A program made the translations under genes and the position numbers. Under the pieces are notes generated by a model. The model was not told the origin of the DNA. It saw only the letters and a list, made by a program, of their open reading frames with translations, and did not search any database. Shown here one piece after another: positions 1 through 8,149 of a stretch of DNA of 64,000 bases; position 1 is the stretch's first letter, and every line of letters begins with the position of its first letter. The DNA comes from an uncultured bacterium (GTDB taxonomy: Bacteria; Verrucomicrobiota; Kiritimatiellia; RFP12; CAIWXQ01): contig CAIWXQ010000016.1 in NCBI GenBank assembly GCA_903916675.1, positions 18,964-82,963 on the forward strand, in the 5' to 3' direction.

Positions 1-108
1 GAACGACGCCGTTGGCTGCAGCCAACGGCGGCAGGGTGTTGTCGAACAGCGGCGTCATAGCGTGACTATACGACAGGCGTGGCGCGAGCGCCAGAGAGGA
101 GCGGCGCA

Positions 109-137
109 TTGACAATTCCGACGGTTGGGCGCATAAT
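109..137 (+). promoter_or_regulatory. sigma70-type promoter candidate (TTGACA-N17-CATAAT)
   Basis: TTGACA at 109-114, 17-nt spacer, CATAAT at 132-137. Lies about 70 nt upstream of ATG 206, which is preceded by GGAAAGGA. Confidence 0.55.
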
Positions 138-205
138 AACAAAGGTTTCGCACGCTTGAGCCGACCCTGACCTGTCTGTCGGCGCCGCTTGCTGGAAAGG
201 AATGC

Positions 206-1039
206 ATGCAGAGCCTCGTCAACCATTTGAATCAGCTCCAGGAACTGATCCTGATCCGTGATGAACACCGCGCGACCGGCGACGGGTCGCACATGGACCG
301 CCTGAACGAGGTGATCGACCAGCTGACCGACAAGCTGCCGGCAGACGTGCGGTCGCTCTTCCAGCGTCTCTGCAAGAAAGACCACACGGCGATGGCTCCG
401 ATGCATGAGGGGTGCTGCGCGATCTGCGGCATGCGGCTGCCGATCAGTCAGGTGCAGTCCGTGCGGGTCTGTAAGGTCCTGCAGAACTGTCCGAGCTGCG
501 CGCGTATTCTGTTCGTGGACCCGGAGGCGGCCCGTTGGGTGGGCGAGCGTCCCAGCCGGGCCGAGCCGCGCAAGGTGGGTATTTCGCGCTTCTCGGCCGA
601 GGGACTGATGATCCCCAATCTGGTCGCTAAGGACCGGGAGGAGGCCATCACAATCCTGACCCGGAACATGGAGGCACAGGGGTTCATCACCGGCGCCGAC
701 CGGCTGGTGCAGTCGGCGCTCGACCGCGAAGCCGTGTTGAGCACGGCCATGGAGCATGGACTGGCCTTCCCGCACGTGCGCGGCGTGGAAGGCGGCGGGC
801 TGACGCTCACGCTGGGCGTGTCGCGCAAGGGCGTGCCGTTTGGCGAGCAGGGCAGCTTGGCCAACTTCATCTTCTTCGTGACGATCCCGTCGGCGGTCAG
901 CGCCTTCTATCTGCGCCTGCTGGCCGGGATCACGGAGACATTCCTTAAGGATACGAACCGCGAGGCGCTGCTGGCGGCCGAGACGCCGGAGCAGCTTTGG
1001 AAGACCCTGATCAAGGCCACGCGTTACACGATCAAGTGA
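206..1039 (+). CDS. fusion protein: N-terminal coiled-coil plus C4 zinc ribbon (DUF164/zf-RING_7-like) joined to a C-terminal PTS EIIA type-2 (PtsN/EIIA-Ntr-like) domain
   Basis: 277 aa ORF. The Cys pairs CAIC and CPSCARILF match the zinc-ribbon pattern. The C-terminal half carries LAFPHVRG (EIIA-2 phospho-His motif) and typical EIIA-2 flanks (DREEAI, LDREAVLST). Confidence 0.8.
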   Translation: MQSLVNHLNQLQELILIRDEHRATGDGSHMDRLNEVIDQLTDKLPADVRSLFQRLCKKDHTAMAPMHEGCCAICGMRLPISQVQSVRVCKVLQNCPSCARILFVDPEAARWVGERPSRAEPRKVGISRFSAEGLMIPNLVAKDREEAITILTRNMEAQGFITGADRLVQSALDREAVLSTAMEHGLAFPHVRGVEGGGLTLTLGVSRKGVPFGEQGSLANFIFFVTIPSAVSAFYLRLLAGITETFLKDTNREALLAAETPEQLWKTLIKATRYTIK

Positions 1040-1116
<77 letters not shown>

Positions 1117-1244
1117 GCGATTCGTCGGGAGACTAGCCGATCCGCATCGGGCATGCAAGGGCGGCGGCATCTTGCGCTTGATCCAGCCGGGGGGATGCGG
1201 TACCCTCCTCCCATCGGTTTGGCGAGAGGAAAGGACAAGCAGAC

Positions 1245-1445
1245 ATGGCAGACGTCACGAGAAACGAAAGCAGCGCGCCGGGCGCCTACATTTCCGAGCG
1301 CCATCGCAACCCCGCCGAGCTGATGGCCCAGGCACCGCGCACGAATTACACGACGGCCGGTGTCTGCGCCATCATCGCGACCATCCTGTTCGGCCTGCTG
1401 GTGGCCGTGCTCTATCTGGATTGGACCGCGATCCGCTCGGCCTGA
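1245..1445 (+). CDS. small hypothetical membrane protein (one predicted TM helix)
   Basis: 66 aa ORF with GAGGAAAGGA about 10 nt upstream of the ATG and a hydrophobic stretch VCAIIATILFGLLVAVLYL. I recognise no family. Confidence 0.4.
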   Translation: MADVTRNESSAPGAYISERHRNPAELMAQAPRTNYTTAGVCAIIATILFGLLVAVLYLDWTAIRSA

Positions 1446-1508
1446 ATCCTGCGGCCCGGCTGAACCCGGTTTTCGAAACGCAGGCCGGCGGACCATTCGC
1501 CGGACGGC

Positions 1509-2291
1509 GTGAAGGCGCGTATGTTCCGCCGACTCGCAACCCTCCCCGCGCACATCCGGGGCCTGCTTCCGTACGCGCCCGCCGCGCGCTGGACCGCGCT
1601 GGCCTGCCTCGCCGTCTTCCTGATCCAGCGCACTTGCAGTCAGGTGGAGTGTGTCCGCGGCTACACCTTTGAGCATTTTTTCCTGTATTGCTTCGGTCTC
1701 TGTCCTGCACTGCTTGCCGCGGGGTTCGTCTGGCAACTGGTCACCTACCTGTTCCTGCATCAGAACTGGACGCATCTGATCTTCAACACACTCTCGATCC
1801 TCCTGCTGGGGGCGGGCGTGGAGATGGAAATCGGCACGCGGCGCTTCCTGCGCCTCTTTCTGCTGGGCGGCATCGCGGGCGGCCTGGCTTGGGCGCTGTT
1901 CGACCTGGCGACCGTGCAACTGGCCTCTGGACTGGTTTCCGCACCGGGATGGCTGCAGACGCTGGCCGCGCACGCGCAGATCCGCCGGGTGGTGACGCCG
2001 GAGAATCCGGACGTCGCCATCTGCATCGGCGCCTCCGGCGGCGTGTATGCGCTGGTCGGCGCCTGTGCCGCGCTCTTCCCGCGGCGGCGCCTCCTGCTTT
2101 TCTTTGTCTGGCCGGTGCGCACCCGCCGCCTGGCCATCGCGCTCGGCGTCTGCGCCGTGGTCTTCGCGCTCTACGGGCTCGGCAACATTGCCCACCTGAC
2201 GCACCTCGCCGGCGGCATCGCCGGATACTTTTACGGGCGCCAGCTCGCGAAAGAAGGCTGGGGAGACGAGGGGGATGTCATGGGTCAGTAG
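1509..2291 (+). CDS. rhomboid family intramembrane serine protease
   Basis: Motifs FLHQNWTHLIFN, GASGGVYAL (catalytic Ser) and AHLTHLAGGIAG (catalytic His), with multiple TM segments. Starts at GTG 1509; alternative ATG at 1521. Confidence 0.85.
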   Translation: MKARMFRRLATLPAHIRGLLPYAPAARWTALACLAVFLIQRTCSQVECVRGYTFEHFFLYCFGLCPALLAAGFVWQLVTYLFLHQNWTHLIFNTLSILLLGAGVEMEIGTRRFLRLFLLGGIAGGLAWALFDLATVQLASGLVSAPGWLQTLAAHAQIRRVVTPENPDVAICIGASGGVYALVGACAALFPRRRLLLFFVWPVRTRRLAIALGVCAVVFALYGLGNIAHLTHLAGGIAGYFYGRQLAKEGWGDEGDVMGQ

Positions 2292-3090
2292 TCATTTGTC
2301 AGTTGGGAAGGCTGTAGGGGTTAAGGCTGTAGGCTGTTCTTCTATATAACAGAAGAATCGCCGGGGTCGGGATTGCTATCGGGGTCGGGGTCGTAAAGCA
2401 GTCGTCGGCTAGAAGCGCGAAAGAAATAACCCGATGAAGCGCATGGTGATAATTGCAGCGGTACCCGTCGGGTGTGTGCTTGTCGTCGGCTTGCTGTTAT
2501 ATCTGGCTGCTCGTTTTGTCATAACAGAGCATCCTTTGCCGCGTTGGCTTTCAGACGCATATGCGCTGCGAACAGCGCTTTTTAACTACCGTCATGAATA
2601 CGGCCGCTGGCCGATCCCGCCTCAATGGGAGGGTTCGTCGCACTTTACCTCCAACAAAGTCGGCAATGCTTGGGAGCGCGTGTTCATCGCAAAAGGTGGT
2701 GACAACGCCTTAGTGTTTGATTTGTTGCGCCACGACAATGTCGACGATACAAACGCCAATCCCAGAGGCATCCTGTTCTTCGACGAGTCTTCTATCCAGA
2801 CAGTATTAAACGGAAAATGTATGACATACAAGGATGCGCGGGGTGGCGGAGGACATCTCCCGTTTCCTCTCGCGTACATTACCCGTAAAGGCACCACCAG
2901 ATGTTATAATGTTACGATCAATCTCGATCAGGATTTTGCCGAAGTCGAGTGCGAAACAAGCGATCAATAAAACACGTCGACGGGATCATGGCATTGGCCG
3001 ACCCCGATACCGATAGCGACCCCGACTCCGAAATATTTTTTCGGCGGCTTAGGCTCGATTCAGCGCCCCAATGACCAATGACTACTGACC
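2283..3090. mobile_element. about 0.8 kb AT-richer single-gene cassette bounded by nested inverted repeats (MITE-like or cassette-like; no transposase)
   Basis: Outer arms are GGTCAGTAGTCATTTGTCAGTTGGG (2283-2307) and CCCAATGACCAATGACTACTGACC (3067-3090), reverse complements with 1 mismatch and 1 indel. Inner hexamer-phased arms lie at 2363-2393 (GGGGTC/GCTATC type) and 2999-3030 (CGACCC/CGATAC type). Confidence 0.35.
2434..2970 (+). CDS. hypothetical membrane-anchored protein, pseudopilin-like
   Basis: 178 aa with an N-terminal hydrophobic anchor IIAAVPVGCVLVVGLLLYLAA. LRTALFNYRHEYGRWP resembles the GspG/pseudopilin helix-end motif, but there is no prepilin cleavage motif. Visibly AT-richer than the flanks. 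Confidence 0.6.
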   Translation: MKRMVIIAAVPVGCVLVVGLLLYLAARFVITEHPLPRWLSDAYALRTALFNYRHEYGRWPIPPQWEGSSHFTSNKVGNAWERVFIAKGGDNALVFDLLRHDNVDDTNANPRGILFFDESSIQTVLNGKCMTYKDARGGGGHLPFPLAYITRKGTTRCYNVTINLDQDFAEVECETSDQ

Positions 3091-3663
3091 AATGACATTC
3101 CCCCCCCGTCTCTCGCGGAAGAACACCTGCAAAATCTCCCGGCATTCGGCCTCCAGTACGCCTGAGACGATTGCGGGGCGGTGGTTCAGGTTAGGGTGGG
3201 CGAGGATGTTGAAGACCGACACCGCGCCGCCGCGCTTCGGGTCCGGCACGCCGAAGACCACCAATGGTATGCGCGCCAGCACGATGGCGCCGGCGCACAT
3301 GGGGCAGGGTTCCTTGGTGACGTAGAGAATCGCGTCTGTCAGCCGCCAGTCGCGCACGGCTGCGGCAGCCTGCGTGATGGCGATCATCTCCGCGTGGGCG
3401 GTCGGGTCCTTGAGCAGTTCGGTCTGGTTGTGGGCGCGCGCCAGAATATGCGCGGCCGCCGGCGGCGCGAGCGGGTCCGCGGGGCGCGCCACGATCACGC
3501 AGCCGGCCGGCACCTCGCCGGCCTCCGCGGCCCGGGCCGCCTCGCGCAGGGCCAGGCGCATGAAGTTCTCGTGGAATGCGGACACCGCCGGCGCCACGGC
3601 TGCGCGGGTAGGCTTCTTCGCCGGTGCGCCGGTGCGCCGTGGTTGCCTTGGAGAGGGTTTCAT
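3082..3663 (-). CDS. tadA: tRNA adenosine(34) deaminase
   Basis: The C-terminal 193 aa of the 607-aa track ORF, starting at MKPSPRQ. Carries the deaminase motifs HAEMIAI and PCPMCAGA. The upstream part of the track ORF is antisense to the 3745..4950 gene and judged spurious. Confidence 0.85.
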   Translation of the reverse strand: MKPSPRQPRRTGAPAKKPTRAAVAPAVSAFHENFMRLALREAARAAEAGEVPAGCVIVARPADPLAPPAAAHILARAHNQTELLKDPTAHAEMIAITQAAAAVRDWRLTDAILYVTKEPCPMCAGAIVLARIPLVVFGVPDPKRGGAVSVFNILAHPNLNHRPAIVSGVLEAECREILQVFFRERRGGNVIGQ

Positions 3664-3744
3664 GGCATCATTTCGCCACGAACGACACCGAAGCGTCAAT
3701 GGCTTTTTTGGATCGACGCCTTCAGAAAACAGAACGAGCACAAT

Positions 3745-4950
3745 ATGCAACTCAAGCAACGCATCCCCGCCATTCCCGAAACTCTTCGCCGCCGCGCGGC
3801 CCGCGGCGTGACACAAGCCGCCGACTGGGCCGTGCGCACGCAGGTGCGCGACCAGTGGCCGGCCTGGGACGCCAACAAGGGGCGGTTCCCGTACCACATC
3901 CTGATCGATCCGGCCCAACGCGCACGCCACCCGCAGATGTGGTCCACCTGCTGGAAGACCTCCCGCGCGGCGCAGGGTCTCTATTGCGCCCACTTGCTCA
4001 CCGGCCGGCCGGAGTATCTGGAATCCGCCAATCGCGCCATGGATTACGTCGCCACGCTGCAAATCTTCGATCCCGGTCTGGAGGCGTACCGTGGTGCCTT
4101 CCGCGAGAACTCGCCGCTGGGGCCGCACACCGCCACGCGCGACGGCATCGAGGCGGCCCAGGGTTTCCTCGCCGGCTATCTGGTCACGAAGAACGAGCGC
4201 TATCTGCGACGCGCTGTGGAGGGCGCGGAGTTCCTGCTGCGCGCGATGAAGCTGGGCTGGTGGCCAATCAGCCTGACCTGGCCGCTGGAGGACCGCCGCC
4301 AGGGGAAGGACTACTTCTTCCAGAATGTCGCGGCGCTGGTCTTCGCGCAGTTGTACGCGCTGACCGGCGAACGACGCTATCTGACCCGCGGCGTGGTGCC
4401 GCTGGCCGACAACCTGCTGAAACACGTGCGACCGGACGGCGCGCTGGGCGTGACGGATGCCACGCACTCCTCGCACCACATCATCGCCACGCCGGGTCGC
4501 CAGCTGACCGGCGTCTACATGAACGACGACGGCGTGGCCGTGACGCTGCTGGCCGCCTATGCCGTCACCCGGAAGGCGAAGTATCGCGACGCCGCTCTGG
4601 GGAGCGCGGACCACTGGGCTCGCATCACGGAGCCGCTGCCGCTGTTTGCGGCGCCGGCAGCCGTGTCGCTGCTGCTCGCGGACGCCTACCGCCTGACCGG
4701 CGACGCCCGCTACCTCCCCAAGCTTCGCGAGCTGACCGAGCGCACGCTGGACCTGCAGTGCCAGTCCCGCGACCCGTTCATCCGCGGCTGTTTCATCGGC
4801 GAGGACATGGCCACGATCTACGACAAGCGCAGCAAGCCGGCAGACTACGTCGATCTGCGCATCACCTCCTATGCGCTGATCGCGCTGTCCAAGGTCGCGG
4901 CGCACAAATCGGCCCAGTGGGGGTGCGCCTACTCCTGCTTCGGTTGGTAA
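3745..4950 (+). CDS. hypothetical protein, possibly alpha/alpha-toroid (six-hairpin) fold
   Basis: 401 aa from ATG 3745 (MQLKQRIPAIP). Repeated helical-hairpin signatures (TGRPEYLESA, TKNERYLRRA, TGERRYLTRG, TGDARYLPKL). Divergent from tadA. Function not recognised. Confidence 0.6.
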   Translation: MQLKQRIPAIPETLRRRAARGVTQAADWAVRTQVRDQWPAWDANKGRFPYHILIDPAQRARHPQMWSTCWKTSRAAQGLYCAHLLTGRPEYLESANRAMDYVATLQIFDPGLEAYRGAFRENSPLGPHTATRDGIEAAQGFLAGYLVTKNERYLRRAVEGAEFLLRAMKLGWWPISLTWPLEDRRQGKDYFFQNVAALVFAQLYALTGERRYLTRGVVPLADNLLKHVRPDGALGVTDATHSSHHIIATPGRQLTGVYMNDDGVAVTLLAAYAVTRKAKYRDAALGSADHWARITEPLPLFAAPAAVSLLLADAYRLTGDARYLPKLRELTERTLDLQCQSRDPFIRGCFIGEDMATIYDKRSKPADYVDLRITSYALIALSKVAAHKSAQWGCAYSCFGW

Positions 4951-5026
4951 CGCACGCGGTCAGAGGATCGGTCGTCGAAGAAGTGACAATGCAACCAAGG
5001 GTCGTCAAGTAGCTGCGGGAAATCTT

Positions 5027-5060
5027 TCGGGGTCGGGGTCGCTATCGGGATCGGGGATCG
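5027..5060. repeat. hexamer-phased repeat (GGGGTC/GCTATC/GGGATC units)
   Basis: TCGGGGTCGGGGTCGCTATCGGGATCGGGGATCG in the gap between the 3745..4950 CDS and gltX. Same family as 2363-2393, 19019-19123, 21318-21367, 22628-22701 and 33219-33247. Confidence 0.8.
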
Positions 5061-5148
5061 AAACGTTAATCTATAGTCTACAGCCTCTCCTCTACGCCGA
5101 CCCCGTTGCAATGACTACTTGAATTACGAAAACTCGCCAAAGGCACTC

Positions 5149-6471
5149 ATGAGCGTCCGCGTCCGCTTCGCCCCTAGTCCCACGGGCAACGTCCACATCG
5201 GCAACATCCGCGCCGCCATCTTCAACTGGCTCTTTGCGCGGCACGCGGGCGGGAAGTTCCTGCTGCGTGTGGAGGACACCGACCGCGAGCGCTCCACGCC
5301 CGAGGCGATCCAGACGCTGCTGCAGGTCATGGAATGGCTCGGGTTGAATTACGACGAGGTGCCGGTCTACCAGGCCGCCCAGCGCGCGCGCCACCTGGCC
5401 GCGGCCGAGCAGCTCGTGACGTCCGGCCACGCCTTCCGCGAGAACAAGGACGGCAAGGGCGAGTGCATCGTCTTCCGCATGCCCAAGGAGGGGCGCGTCG
5501 AGTACACCGATATCGTCAAGGGAACCATCCGCAAGAAGGCCGAGGACACGCAGGATTTTGTGATCGTGCGCTCCGATGGCAACCCCGTCTTCCATCTCGC
5601 CAACGTGATCGACGACATCGACATGCGGATCACCCACATCATCCGCGGCGACGACCACGTGGAAAACACCTTCAAGCACATCCAGATCTTCCGCGCCCTG
5701 GGCGACGAGCCGCCGCAGTACGCCCATCTGCCGATGATCGTCAACGCCATGGGCAAGCCGTACTCCAAGCGCGACGGCGCGGCGTTTGTGGGCGAATTCC
5801 GCGAGCAGGGGTTTCTGCCGCAGGCGCTCTTCAACTTCCTGGCGCTGCTCGGCTGGGCGCCGGGCGAGGACCGCGAGGTGATGACGCGCGACGAGATGGT
5901 CGCACTCTTCACGCTCGACCGCTGCAAGTCCAGCGCCGCGCGCTTCGACCTGAAGAAGCTCATCTGGATGAACGGCGAATACATCCGGCAGACGCCGGCA
6001 GCGGTCTTCCGTGCTGAGTTCGAGGCGCGCGTGAAGGCCGACGGCTACTGGCATACGGATCTGCCGGCGGCCGAGGTCGATGGCATCGTGGCGCTGGTGC
6101 AGCCGCGCACCAAGTTCTATTCCGAGATTCCGGGCAACTGCGCCTACTTCTTCACGGAGGAGTATCCGTTCGACGCCAAGTCCGTCGAAAAGCGCCTCAA
6201 GCCCGCGGGCGTGCCAGAGCTGCTGGAAGCTGTGGCGCAGCGCTTCGAGGCGCTGCCGGCGTTCGACCACGCTGCCACCGAGGCCGCGCTGCGTGCCATG
6301 GGCGACGAGCGTGGCGCAGGACTGGGCGGCATGGTGCACCCTGTGCGCGTGGCAGTCTCCGGACTGAGCGACGGTCCCGGCCTCTTCGAAATGCTCACGC
6401 TCCTCGGCCGGCCGCGCGTCTGCGCCCGCCTGCGCCGCGCCGCCGCGCGCCTGCGCGAGGGGACGCTGTAA
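5149..6471 (+). CDS. gltX: glutamate--tRNA ligase
   Basis: SPTGNVHIGN (HIGH motif), LLRVEDTDRERS and GKPYSKRDG (KMSKS-like). I prefer ATG 5149 over the track's TTG 5119. Confidence 0.9.
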   Translation: MSVRVRFAPSPTGNVHIGNIRAAIFNWLFARHAGGKFLLRVEDTDRERSTPEAIQTLLQVMEWLGLNYDEVPVYQAAQRARHLAAAEQLVTSGHAFRENKDGKGECIVFRMPKEGRVEYTDIVKGTIRKKAEDTQDFVIVRSDGNPVFHLANVIDDIDMRITHIIRGDDHVENTFKHIQIFRALGDEPPQYAHLPMIVNAMGKPYSKRDGAAFVGEFREQGFLPQALFNFLALLGWAPGEDREVMTRDEMVALFTLDRCKSSAARFDLKKLIWMNGEYIRQTPAAVFRAEFEARVKADGYWHTDLPAAEVDGIVALVQPRTKFYSEIPGNCAYFFTEEYPFDAKSVEKRLKPAGVPELLEAVAQRFEALPAFDHAATEAALRAMGDERGAGLGGMVHPVRVAVSGLSDGPGLFEMLTLLGRPRVCARLRRAAARLREGTL

Positions 6472-6479
6472 GCGGGTTG

Positions 6480-6523
6480 GGACACAGAGGTCACAGAGGG
6501 TGAGGTGAGGGCACAGAGTGTCC
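6480..6523. repeat. CACAGAGG-rich repeat, left copy
   Basis: GGACACAGAGGTCACAGAGGGTGAGGTGAGGGCACAGAGTGTCC. Its inverted partner is at 7999-8037, and a tight inverted pair of the same family is at 24384-24513. Confidence 0.8.
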
Positions 6524-6612
6524 TGTAGCCGCGGTCGGCTTGTCCGCCGGAGCCTTGGCGCAGGAGGATGGCCGCGGTTGAATCTGGCGACACGTATTTT
6601 TTGCTTCCGCAT

Positions 6613-6689
6613 GCGCCTGTAGCTCAACTGGACAGAGCATCAGACTTCGGATCTGAGGGTTGCAGGTTCAACTCCTGCCAGGCGCGCCA
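6613..6689 (+). tRNA. tRNA-Arg (anticodon TCG)
   Basis: Acceptor GCGCCTG/CAGGCGC, D stem GCTC/GAGC, anticodon stem TCAGA/TCTGA with loop CTTCGGA, T stem GCAGG/CCTGC with loop TTCAACT, encoded CCA. Confidence 0.9.
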
Positions 6690-7059
6690 TGCAGCAGAGT
6701 CGTGCAGCGTGCTGTGCTCTGCAGCGGGCGCTGTGCCGCTTCTGGAGGCGCAATATTGGAAGATTTAGACCGCAGGACCCGCCGCGAACGTCCCGCCCGC
6801 TTCTGTCACTAGTTGACACGCGACAAAGAACGAAAGTAACCTTGCCTCAATGGCCTCCGTCACGTGATTGCTAACAAAGTGCCGGCAACCGTAGGGAGCC
6901 CGAAATCACGATTGCAGAAAAGAGATGAATTCAATTCCGCAGATATACATCGCCGCAATCGTGACCAGTCTTATTGCCTTGGGATTGATTGGTTAGGGAC
7001 TCTATTTCCACACACCGACTAAGGAGCGTCCATTTCTCAGCCTTTTTGTAATTCTTCTC

Positions 7060-7794
7060 TTGCCGATGTGTGCTTTGGCTTTCTACTTTATCCGCATGCC
7101 AATCGACCATTGGCTTTCCGATTATGTAGGAAAGAACACGAACGCGTTTGCATTCATTAGGGTCTTGTATGCACCCCTGACAGAAGAACCAGCTAAACTA
7201 TGGCCGATCTTGATTCCGTGGATATACAGACGAATAACACCGCAGAACTATGTAAGAGTGGCGATTGCCATGGGTTTGGGATTCGGTCTGGGTGAGGCGT
7301 GGACTGTTGCTGGCTTCTTGGCCAAGAATCCCGACATCGCAAAATATCCTTGGTACATGCTGACTGGTTTTATCGGCGAGCGAGTCATGGTGTGCTTTAT
7401 GCACGCCGGCTTCACAGGCGCTGCCCTGCACTTCATAATCGTTCGCCGATGGCTATTTGCCGGCACACTCTGCGCCATGCTTCTTCATTTCCTTGGGAAT
7501 CTTCCCATCTATCTTGCACAACAGGATTTCCTGGGTTTTGGAAAAGTCGCCTGGCAAACAATCCTTTCGCTTTGGGTGCCAATCTGCGTGCTCTTCATGA
7601 TCGTTGAACTTGCATACTTTGCTTATGGCACTGGGTGGTTGCTAAAACTCATAGGGAAAACAAAATGTCCCGAATGCGGCACGGTCTATCAGAGACCATT
7701 GTTTTGCATAAATCTATTTATCAAGTGTTACGAAAGGTGCCCAGCATGCAAGCACTGGCATCTGGTTGATATATGGAACAGAATCAAGGAATGA
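7060..7794 (+). CDS. PrsW-like intramembrane protease with C-terminal zinc ribbon (possibly truncated or interrupted)
   Basis: Motifs LTEEPAKLW (EExxK), GFGLGEAW, HAGFTGA and HFLGN, with a C-terminal CPEC..CPAC. Visibly AT-rich. An in-frame upstream segment (ATG 6925 to TAG 6994-6996) would add two TM helices. Confidence 0.65.
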   Translation: MPMCALAFYFIRMPIDHWLSDYVGKNTNAFAFIRVLYAPLTEEPAKLWPILIPWIYRRITPQNYVRVAIAMGLGFGLGEAWTVAGFLAKNPDIAKYPWYMLTGFIGERVMVCFMHAGFTGAALHFIIVRRWLFAGTLCAMLLHFLGNLPIYLAQQDFLGFGKVAWQTILSLWVPICVLFMIVELAYFAYGTGWLLKLIGKTKCPECGTVYQRPLFCINLFIKCYERCPACKHWHLVDIWNRIKE

Positions 7795-7998
7795 AGCAAC
7801 TAACCAAATGATGCATCCGCGGCCGGTGTGGTCTCAACTTTACCGTTTCCCCTCGTCGCAGCACCCTTGCGGAAATCCGCGCGGTCCGCTCCGCAGGCTA
7901 CGATTCCCCACGCGGCTTTACGCTTTGGGATCCCGCGCTGCAACCACCACTGGCCGGCGCATGATTCTGGTGCCAGCCGACTCCGGGCAGAACCCATT

Positions 7999-8037
7999 CC
8001 TCTGTGCCCTCGCCATCCCTCTGTGAACTCTGTGTCC
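7999..8037. repeat. CACAGAGG-rich repeat, right (inverted) copy
   Basis: CCTCTGTGCCCTCGCCATCCCTCTGTGAACTCTGTGTCC. Its reverse complement matches 6480-6523 at most positions, roughly 33 of 39 by eye. Confidence 0.8.
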
Positions 8038-8149
8038 AAACTCCTGTTCCGGGCTGCCATTGACCAATGCCGCTTCCCCCACTCGATACTTGCCACGTTT
8101 CGGCATGGCCGATAGAGTGTCGGGACGCATCGGGGAACGGAAAGCAGCC

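Noticed and set aside
1-57. Possible 5' end of a minus-strand CDS (ATG at 55-57 reading MTPLFDNTLPPLAAANGVV off the window edge).
   Set aside because: Only 19 codons are visible, there is no Shine-Dalgarno-like sequence, and I recognise no motif. It cannot be supported as a feature.
3664-4905. The N-terminal 414 residues of the 607-aa track ORF 3082..4905.
   Set aside because: Only the last 193 aa (tadA) carry deaminase motifs. The rest is antisense to the well-formed 3745..4950 gene and is compositionally artefactual.
6690-7998. Classical tRNA-Arg-targeted genomic island with integrase and att repeats.
   Set aside because: There is no integrase or recombinase ORF, and I found no direct repeat of the tRNA 3' end downstream. 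Only the inverted CACAGAGG-family copies bracket the segment; these are reported separately.
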